Below, piece by piece: positions 57,357 to 64,000 of a stretch of 64,000 nt of DNA. This stretch comes from Spirochaetota bacterium (GTDB taxonomy: Bacteria > Spirochaetota > Brachyspiria > Brachyspirales > JACRPF01), in contig JACRPF010000020.1 of NCBI GenBank assembly GCA_016214035.1, positions 68,800-132,799 on the forward strand, written 5' to 3'. Below the pieces are notes generated by a model. That model was not told the origin of the DNA. It ran no database searches and was given only the letters and a program-made list of their open reading frames with translations. The stretch's first letter is position 1; each line of letters begins with the position of its first letter. A program made the position numbers and the translations under genes.

Positions 57357-57595
57357 ATTTCATGCCTACCATAATGCAACTTGATTTCATTCCCATATTC
57401 TGCAGTGCCGTTTTTCTTTTTTGTTCCCTCCCGCTTAGCCTGAACAAGATCACTTACGATCTGAAGTACACAACTGCCGCACACCAAATGAAAGGCATCG
57501 CTATATTCACCCATGTCAAATAGATTCGATACCCGTTTCTTGCAGCGTTCACACACATCATCTCCCACTGTATCTCCATGCACCGATAACGACAC
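57347..57595 (-). CDS. Small zinc-ribbon-like protein (C-x2-C-x20-C-x2-C), paralog A
   Basis: VCERCKKRVSNLFDMGEYSDAFHLVCGSC. There is no ATG before the first Cys, so the start is one of several GTGs (57595 or downstream). It overlaps paralog B by 10 nt. Confidence 0.5.
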   Translation of the reverse strand: MSLSVHGDTVGDDVCERCKKRVSNLFDMGEYSDAFHLVCGSCVLQIVSDLVQAKREGTKKKNGTAEYGNEIKLHYGRHEIWK

Positions 57596-57663
57596 ATCGT
57601 ATCACAAACGATATCATGTGATCGGTATAAAGATTTTATGGCATTATTCCCATACACTGTTCA

Positions 57664-57680
57664 ATACAATATCTGTGCCA
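57664..57680 (-). promoter_or_regulatory. Sigma54-type promoter TGGCAC-N5-TTGTA
   Basis: Sense TGGCACagataTTGTAtt. The -24 box is perfect. The -12 box has T instead of the conserved C. It lies 70-85 nt upstream of the first zinc-ribbon ORF and about 100 nt downstream of the sigma54 activator gene. Confidence 0.45.
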
Positions 57681-57783
57681 CACGCCAAACGGCTGCATTG
57701 ACAAAAAAACGATGTTGCGGCAATCATACGTGTAAAAAAATGGCCGCTATTCGAACGGGAATGTAACAAAACGTACATGGCGG

Positions 57784-59148
57784 CTATTCAAGATTATATT
57801 TTTTCAACTTACGGTTCAGCGTGGGACGCGACATTTGCAGCAATTCCGCCGCCTGCGATTTGTTGCCGGATGTTTTTTTGAGTGCCGCTGCGATTGTACG
57901 CCGCTCGATAATGTCAAGATTGAATATATTCTGCTCAGATGCGGCTGTATCCATGGCCTTTTTATCATGCACAAACGGAAGATGCTGCGGGAGAAGCATG
58001 TTTCCCGAACAAAGGATCACCGCCCGTTCTATGATGTTTTTCAGTTCACGCACATTACCGGGAAAATGATACGAAGACAGCAACGCATGGAATTCGGGAG
58101 ATGCACTGTCCACTTTTTTACACTCTTTTTGAGTATAATGCCGTATATAGTGATTGATAAGCTCAGGGATGTCTTCTTTCCGCTCTCTGAGCGGCGGCAG
58201 AGCAATCTCGATTGTATTGAGTCTGTACAAAAGATCGGACCGGAACGTATTGTCAATGAGAGCGCTGATATTCTTATTGGTCGCCGAAATAACACGCACA
58301 TCAATCTGTATGTCTTTTGATGAACCGATGCGGTGTATGATGCGATCCTCGAGTACGCGAAGCATTTTAGACTGCGCTTGGAACGGCATATCGCCGATTT
58401 CATCGAGAAAAATGGTACCGCTGTCCGCGCGTTCGAAATAACCGGCTTTATCCTCGTGCGCGTTTGTAAATGCCCCTCTCGAATGGCCGAAAAGTTCGCT
58501 TTCCACGAGCGATTCGGGGATAGCCGCGCAGTTTACCGGCAGGAATGTCCTGTCCTTTCGCGCCCCCGCATAGTGTATCAGCCGCGCAAACAGCTCCTTG
58601 CCGGTACCGCTTTCACCGGTAATCATCACCGACGCGTTTGGAGATGCAGCGGCTTGCAGCGCAAGATCAATAGCCTCACGCATGAGTATGCTGTTTCCTG
58701 AAATATCTCCGATTTTCTTGCGAACTTCTTCCGTAAATAATGCATGGCGGTATTCCGCCGCTTTAAGTTCACGCATAAGATCGATGTAGTGTTTCGTGCG
58801 CTCAATCGATGCTTGTATCAAAAAACCATCAAGCGGTTTGGTGATATAATCAAACGCGCCGTAGCGAAGCGTTTGAATTACCGTCTCGCTTGCGTTCCGC
58901 GCGGTTATCATAATCGCTTCAATATCGGGATGATCCGTCTTCATCAATTTCAGGAATTCAATTCCGCTCATCTCCGGGAGATTGATATCAATGAGCGCGA
59001 TATCGATTGCATGCGCCGCAATGATTGCAAACGCCTTTGTAGGGCATTCCGCCGCAAAAATGTCGTATGGAAAACTTGATAAAAAATCATTCAGGCTGTT
59101 ACGCACGATAAGATCGTCATCGATGATAAGTAGCTGCAGCCGCTTCAT
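57784..59148 (-). CDS. Sigma54-dependent response regulator (NtrC family enhancer-binding protein)
   Basis: REC, AAA+ domain (GESGTGKE, ESELFGHSRGAFTNA) and a C-terminal Fis-type HTH (NKSQAAELLQMSRPTLNRKLKKY). Confidence 0.95.
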   Translation of the reverse strand: MKRLQLLIIDDDLIVRNSLNDFLSSFPYDIFAAECPTKAFAIIAAHAIDIALIDINLPEMSGIEFLKLMKTDHPDIEAIMITARNASETVIQTLRYGAFDYITKPLDGFLIQASIERTKHYIDLMRELKAAEYRHALFTEEVRKKIGDISGNSILMREAIDLALQAAASPNASVMITGESGTGKELFARLIHYAGARKDRTFLPVNCAAIPESLVESELFGHSRGAFTNAHEDKAGYFERADSGTIFLDEIGDMPFQAQSKMLRVLEDRIIHRIGSSKDIQIDVRVISATNKNISALIDNTFRSDLLYRLNTIEIALPPLRERKEDIPELINHYIRHYTQKECKKVDSASPEFHALLSSYHFPGNVRELKNIIERAVILCSGNMLLPQHLPFVHDKKAMDTAASEQNIFNLDIIERRTIAAALKKTSGNKSQAAELLQMSRPTLNRKLKKYNLE

Positions 59149-59161
59149 AAAAACGTCATTA

Positions 59162-61948
59162 CTATTTTTGCAGAGTAAGGTGAATTACAAATTCGCTATA
59201 TGCGCCGTATTCACTTTCGACATAAATCTCGCCCCCCATCGATGAAACAATTCCGTAGACAATTGACAGTCCAAGCCCCGTCCCCTCCTTCGTGGGCTTT
59301 GTGCTGAAATACGGGTCGAATATTTTCTTGCGGAAATCGTCCGGAATACCCATGCCGTTGTCGCGAACTTTCACCAACACCTTGCCGTCATCCGTAATGT
59401 GACTCAGTATACGGATAGTTTTTCTATACTCCGCGGAGGCCGTACGCGCTTTTTCCTCGACCGCATAACGGGCATTCGACAGCAGATTAAGCACCACCTG
59501 CTCGAATCGAAATAGATTACCGAGCACCATGCACGGCAGGTCTGAATAGGATGCCGCGAGGTCAATATTGTGATTGCGGTATTGCACCTCAACAAGATCG
59601 AGCGCATAACTGATGCTCTCGTTCAAATCGAACGGTGCCACCGTATCGTTGCTCTGCTCACGCGAGAATGTACGGATATGGTCGACAAGATTGTTTATCC
59701 GCTTCACGTATTCTTTAACCTTTGCGGCACGGTCATCAACAACCGGGTTGTCAATTTTCCCGCGGCTTAACAACTGGAGCGAATCCGCCATAAGATGTAT
59801 ACCGGAAAGCGGTTGTGCTATTTCGTGCGCAATACCGGCAGCCAGCTGCCCCAGCGATGACAGTTTTTCAGCCTCGACGACTTTCTCACGTAATATGCGG
59901 TCATGTTCCTCTGCGTCTTTCCGCTCGGTCACGTCGGCCATGTTCAGAAATATCGACTCCTTGCCTTCATAGATAATCGGCCGCGCAAACGCATCCACCC
60001 ATTTTATCCGGCGGTCTTTCGTCACGATGCGATAGGTTACGTTAATGGTCTTCCGTATCCCCGCGCGGACCTGTCCCGCAAGTTCCTTGATATCCGGCAG
60101 ATCATCGGGATGCGTGATCATGGCATGGTCCAGCAGCGGCCAGCCCAGCATCTCGGCAATCGTATATCCGAAAATATCGGCCATCGCCTGATTCTCATAA
60201 AGAATATGCCCTTGATGGATTATCATGATACCCATTATCGATTGTTCGGACAGCACCCTGAATTTCTGCTCACTTTCACTGAGCGCCTGATTGAGCATCT
60301 TCAGCTTTGCGGTGCGGGCGGTAATCTTTCGCTCAAGACTGCAGTTCAATCGTTTTATCTGTTCATCTGCCTGAACACGTTCGGTTATTTCCCGGGCATA
60401 TACGACGATATAATATACCTCGTCGTCATCATCGAAAACGGGATACAGATGATTCTCATACCATGAACGTCCCTGTTGATCGATAAACACCAGGGGTTCA
60501 TGCTTGTCTATCACCTGTTGCATATATCCCTTCAACTGCGTCACATTGCCGATCGGCAGCTCATCAATAGATACCCCGATCAGTTCGTGCGCTTCTTTCG
60601 CGAATCTTTTTGCCGTCGCTTCATTGCATACGTGAATCACCCCCGTCGTATTCAGCAGAATGATAATCTCGACCGAAGCATTGAAAATCGCCTGCAGCGC
60701 TTTTTCATTATTTCGCAATTCAAGTTCCGCCTTTTTCTGCGGGGTGATATCGCGTATAATCGAACCGATTTGAAACCCCGTCTCGGTTTTTATCGGAAAC
60801 ATTGACTGCTGAATATAGTGCACCTCTTCGGCTTGTTGTATCCGTGATTCAATTACCTTATTGAAAAACACGGCATCCCCCGATGCCAACGCATGACGTA
60901 TTTTATCCCGGAGCTCCACGAGTTGTTCCGGGTTACGGGATTGCTCCGGTATCATCTGATAATGAATCTCCCATACCGGTTTTCCTATGGCCTTATCCTT
61001 CGCTATGCCGCTGATCCGTTCCAACGCATTATTCCAATCAATAATGATCCCCGATTCATCAATAAGGCTCACACCATCGGAATTCTGCTGCGTTAAGGCG
61101 CGGTATTTTTGCTCACTATACCGCAGCAATGACTCCGATTTTTTCTGATTGCTGATGTTCCTTACCGAACTTACTATTCCGAAAAGGGTATTATCGACGA
61201 ACACCGGCCTCGCCGTTTGAGATATCCATCGACATTCCCCCGCGGCGTCATACATCCTGTATTCGCAATCGACAATAGCTTCCCCGCAAAAAGCCTTTCG
61301 ATTCGCGTCTTTCACTCTTTGAAGATCGTCCTGATGTATATAATTCCAGACTGAATTCCGCTGAATTGTTTCCGCAGAATGTCCAAGAACGTTCATGCAC
61401 TGATCGCTCATGAATGCAATCGAGCCATCTGGATTCTGCATCACAATCAAATCCGGCGAATTCTTTACCAAAATACTGAAATATTGATCACATTCCTTGA
61501 GCGATCTTTCCATAGCCAGCAGGGCTTCGTACTTACGCGTACGGCCGCCATTCGTCCGCACCGGCTGTCGGAAATACCCGTCAGCGCATGGTTCCAACCG
61601 GCCGTTACCTAGCTGTTGTACATACGTACGCAATGAAGCTTTCGTAACTACGCCAACAAATCGATTCTGTTCCGCTACCGGCAGGACTGATGTATTATAT
61701 TTTTCAATGAGTGGAAGAATGGTGTCGATATGATCGAGCCCGGATACACACGGCACTGATGCTATGCAGTCACCCACCAGGCGATGTGCAGATGACACCA
61801 CGCTCTCCGGGGTAATAATACCGTGAAAAACGCCGTCGTCCATTACAACAAGAAACGTCTTATCGATGAGAAGTTCTTCGATTTGATTTACGCATACATA
61901 TGGCGAAACGACATTATAATCGTCACATACCAGCGTTGTGAGGTTCAT
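59162..61948 (-). CDS. CBS-pair / multi-PAS sensor histidine kinase
   Basis: N-terminal CBS-like pair (VMDDGVFHGIIT..VLPVAEQNRFVGVVT), about 4 PAS repeats, H-box AGIAHEIAQPLSG and HATPase RDNGMGIP..GTGLGLSIV. Confidence 0.9.
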   Translation of the reverse strand: MNLTTLVCDDYNVVSPYVCVNQIEELLIDKTFLVVMDDGVFHGIITPESVVSSAHRLVGDCIASVPCVSGLDHIDTILPLIEKYNTSVLPVAEQNRFVGVVTKASLRTYVQQLGNGRLEPCADGYFRQPVRTNGGRTRKYEALLAMERSLKECDQYFSILVKNSPDLIVMQNPDGSIAFMSDQCMNVLGHSAETIQRNSVWNYIHQDDLQRVKDANRKAFCGEAIVDCEYRMYDAAGECRWISQTARPVFVDNTLFGIVSSVRNISNQKKSESLLRYSEQKYRALTQQNSDGVSLIDESGIIIDWNNALERISGIAKDKAIGKPVWEIHYQMIPEQSRNPEQLVELRDKIRHALASGDAVFFNKVIESRIQQAEEVHYIQQSMFPIKTETGFQIGSIIRDITPQKKAELELRNNEKALQAIFNASVEIIILLNTTGVIHVCNEATAKRFAKEAHELIGVSIDELPIGNVTQLKGYMQQVIDKHEPLVFIDQQGRSWYENHLYPVFDDDDEVYYIVVYAREITERVQADEQIKRLNCSLERKITARTAKLKMLNQALSESEQKFRVLSEQSIMGIMIIHQGHILYENQAMADIFGYTIAEMLGWPLLDHAMITHPDDLPDIKELAGQVRAGIRKTINVTYRIVTKDRRIKWVDAFARPIIYEGKESIFLNMADVTERKDAEEHDRILREKVVEAEKLSSLGQLAAGIAHEIAQPLSGIHLMADSLQLLSRGKIDNPVVDDRAAKVKEYVKRINNLVDHIRTFSREQSNDTVAPFDLNESISYALDLVEVQYRNHNIDLAASYSDLPCMVLGNLFRFEQVVLNLLSNARYAVEEKARTASAEYRKTIRILSHITDDGKVLVKVRDNGMGIPDDFRKKIFDPYFSTKPTKEGTGLGLSIVYGIVSSMGGEIYVESEYGAYSEFVIHLTLQK

Positions 61949-62480
61949 GTATCAATTCCGAATACTACACCCGCACGCAACACGTTTATATCAAGATCAA
62001 TATCCACGATTTTTCCGCTTCAATTAACTGAAAACACAAGTTACCGCAGCAGATCGATGTTTCATCTTCAGGCGGCATTTCCGAGGACATACTGACACAA
62101 CATGGGGCGGGAGTAACGATATTTCCTCAGTCAATGGAACAAAGAATTGCATTTGTGAATTCACTACTGCTCCCTATTGCGTTACAGACTGAAAATACCC
62201 GGATATGCGCTCATGCAACTAAGGAAAAACCATTTAAATGAAATCCTGCGGCTCAACGGAGAAGCATCTTTATTTCACTTGATTTAATTATACTTGAGAA
62301 AAATAAAATATGCAATAAATGTATAGTGGTTTGAGCGTTGCTTTATGCATTCAAAAAGCCCGTGTACTGCTTTTTGCTTCTCGGGAATATATCCGCTGCC
62401 ATTACTACGCGGGCTTGTTTCGCAGCAGCTGCGTCTAAAGCAACTTCCTGTACCGCGCGCTGTCGCAAATCATTACGTAT

Positions 62481-62509
62481 TGTATATTGTCACATATCCA
62501 CCGCGTCAA
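62481..62509 (-). promoter_or_regulatory. Candidate sigma70-type promoter TTGACG-N17-TATACA
   Basis: Same -35 hexamer as the promoters at 7409 and 49786. It lies about 520 nt upstream of the kinase start at 61948. Confidence 0.3.
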
Positions 62510-62566
62510 GCCGCATGTGCTGTCGGTGACATGCAAAAACGAAAATCTTCGACGGAAATATCATTG

Positions 62567-62785
62567 TCAATGTCCGGCGAATAAATTCCTCATCTCGGGA
62601 AGCGATTGACCCCATATCCGCCCCTCGGGAGGGGAGCGTTCGAGGAGCGCGTGCGCGGTGCGTCCTGATTCTCGATAGATGCGCACAAATTCTCTCCAGT
62701 CGATGGTGCCTTTTCCCGGCAGGAAATGCAGGCCTTTTCGTCCGTCGTTGTCATGCAGATGCATTGCCGCCGCACGCGCACTCAT
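62567..62785 (-). pseudogene. Remnant of a sugar-phosphate isomerase/epimerase (xylose-isomerase-like TIM barrel), C-terminal ~70 aa only
   Basis: HLHDNDGRKGLHFLPGKGTIDWREF matches the usual C-terminal part of this ~270-aa family. The N-terminal ~200 aa are missing, and the upstream gene stops 15 nt before it. Confidence 0.5.
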
Positions 62786-62800
62786 CGCCTGTGCGGCATT

Positions 62801-64000
62801 TCAAGGCTGCACCATAATCTTCATCACGACCATCCCAGAACCAGTCGCGATATGACACAGATACACCCCGGGGCCGACCCTTTTTCCATTCGTCGTCGAC
62901 AACGCCCAGACAATCCTGCCGTCTTCCGCGGAAAGCACAGCGATGCGTTTACCAGATACGGTATACAGCGTTGCGGTCGTTGCCTCCGGAATAGTGTCGA
63001 TAATAACAGTGCCTCCCGTCCTGCAGGGATTGTTCCGTATGATCGTACTCCGAAGGTTCGTGACGGGTTCAGTTATACTGATATTCGTCAGCATGACACT
63101 CGCTGAATTGGTCGTCACACGCGCTATGATGCGTACATCATAGCGCACAGACTGATCGGGCATTTCCCGATAGCGCCACTCGTTTGTAAAACGCCCGCTT
63201 GTCAGCAGCGTAAGCGATCCCGCGATGTCAGCGGGCGGCATTACGTTCCATGCGCCGCTGTTTGCGACTGCATACTCCAACGTTATGCTCGCCGCATTCG
63301 TACAGTTCTTTATCAAATCGTATGAGATTATGGCCGAGCGCGGCGCATTTCGCGCCTCAACAGCGGCATTGACCAAGCTGAGAAAAACGTTCGGCTGTTT
63401 TGAGGAGGCGGTACACAAGGGCGATTCTCCACCGCTATTGGTCGCGGACACTTTATACCAATAGAGTATGTTTGCGTCAAGCGAAATATCCGTATATGCG
63501 GTGACATTAGCCCCGACATCCGCAAGATAGGCATATGAAACGCCATTTATGCTGCGATAAATTCTAAACGCACTCTCGGTAGAGGAATTATCCGCCCAGG
63601 AGAGACGCAGCGCCATGGCGCCCAAATCGGTAAGTGACAGCCCTGAAGGGGCGGCGGGCGGCGGCGGGGTGAAGCCGATGTTCGTAACCGTGATCCAGAG
63701 AACGTTCGTCCGGGAGTTTCCGCTGCTCTCCGTGGCGATGACAAGAATCTTATACGTACCGCCAGCGAGCGATGACGGAAGCGAGTATGTATACCCATAT
63801 AGATTGCCTCCGGCATTGGTCATCGCGCATGTACCACCGGAGACCGCGGCAAGGTCTAGGGTCATGCCGGTGACCATTGTGCCGAACCCGAGTGCATTCG
63901 CGTTGAACGATACTGAACACCCGTTCGTGCCGATGCCGGGTGTCATGACCGCATTCGTGAGGATAATACGCGCGGGATTGGAATGCGCAAAAAGCCATTC
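62801..64000 (-). CDS. Secreted Fn3-domain protein with a T9SS-type C-terminal sorting domain (5' end beyond the right edge)
   Basis: The frame stays open from 63946 to 64000 (..EWLFAHSNPARIILTNAVMTPG..), so the CDS is partial. Fn3 PSGLSLTDLGAMALRLSWADNS..YRIYRS..YWYKVSATN. Tail NPCRTGGTVIIDT..ATLYTVSGKRIAVL..GPGVYLCHIATGSGMVVMKIMV resembles Por_Secre_tail / FlgD-Ig. Confidence 0.65.
   Translation of the reverse strand, partial: EWLFAHSNPARIILTNAVMTPGIGTNGCSVSFNANALGFGTMVTGMTLDLAAVSGGTCAMTNAGGNLYGYTYSLPSSLAGGTYKILVIATESSGNSRTNVLWITVTNIGFTPPPPAAPSGLSLTDLGAMALRLSWADNSSTESAFRIYRSINGVSYAYLADVGANVTAYTDISLDANILYWYKVSATNSGGESPLCTASSKQPNVFLSLVNAAVEARNAPRSAIISYDLIKNCTNAASITLEYAVANSGAWNVMPPADIAGSLTLLTSGRFTNEWRYREMPDQSVRYDVRIIARVTTNSASVMLTNISITEPVTNLRSTIIRNNPCRTGGTVIIDTIPEATTATLYTVSGKRIAVLSAEDGRIVWALSTTNGKRVGPGVYLCHIATGSGMVVMKIMVQP

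Noticed and set aside
57454-57657. A 67-aa Cys-rich minus-strand ORF that overlaps zinc-ribbon paralog A in another frame.
   Set aside because: The paralogous C-x2-C-x20-C-x2-C pattern shared with the adjacent gene identifies the other frame as the coding one.
62338-62584. Plus-strand ORFs 62338..62529 and 62345..62584 in the AT-rich gap.
   Set aside because: They overlap each other and have no ribosome-binding site or motif. Their composition is unlike that of neighbouring genes.
1-64000. A search of the whole window for CRISPR arrays, tandem repeats, rRNA, transposases, integrases, phage genes or recognisable defence genes.
   Set aside because: I saw none on either strand. The only repeated sequences I could find are the two copies of the structured element, the stop-codon palindromes and the 13-nt direct repeats near 57740-57789.

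Overview
This is a 64-kb chromosomal window from a bacterium of roughly 55-60% GC. The phylum cannot be assigned from sequence alone. I call about 45 protein genes and one tRNA-Arg(CCG). I saw no rRNA, CRISPR array, transposase, integrase or phage genes.

Layout:
- 0-6 kb: a Tat-signal sulfatase (open to the left edge), an HD-GYP response regulator, a hybrid histidine kinase, and YkgJ/YchJ-like proteins.
- 6-22 kb: a secreted glycan-degradation cluster. It holds a CBM-like protein, a 1247-aa clan GH-A hydrolase with a CBM9-like tail, a GH42-like 1193-aa enzyme and an AraC regulator. Two MsbA-type ABC exporters accompany it, one with a HlyD adaptor and one with a DUF1854-like partner.
- 22-28 kb: MFS transporter, dprA, spoVG, ispE and a GH-like membrane protein.
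- 28-31.4 kb: flgG-flgA cotranscribed with a REC/RsbW-like kinase fusion, a STAS protein and YggT.
- 31.5-40.6 kb: a FecR-like lipoprotein, an HTH-REC regulator and two giant multi-PAS kinases.
- 40.7-46 kb: class II DAHP synthase, alpha-glucan phosphorylase, lysA and tRNA-Arg.
- 46-49.8 kb: PocR/AraC regulator, nagB and a GH20 hexosaminidase.
- 50.6-62 kb: a chemosensory-like cluster (CBS-PAS kinase, sigma54 activator, two small zinc-ribbon ORFs, MCP, CheY, STAS, CheA, MCP, CheW).
- 62.6-64 kb: a gene remnant and a partial Fn3 protein with a T9SS-like sorting tail.

The most interesting signal is non-coding. A roughly 290-nt structured element occurs twice in opposite orientation, at 11574-11862 and 49790-50075. 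The copies differ by at least six compensatory base-pair changes spread over four helices. I could not match it to any RNA family or mobile element that I know.

Other points worth a second look:
- A TAG-overlapping GC palindrome recurs at the 3' ends of response-regulator genes.
- A sigma54-type promoter with flanking direct repeats precedes tandem zinc-ribbon paralogs in the che-like cluster.
- A partner-switching module sits inside the flagellar rod operon.
- GC content is patchily low across the che-like cluster.

All calls come from reading the sequence and ORF translations. No database search was run.
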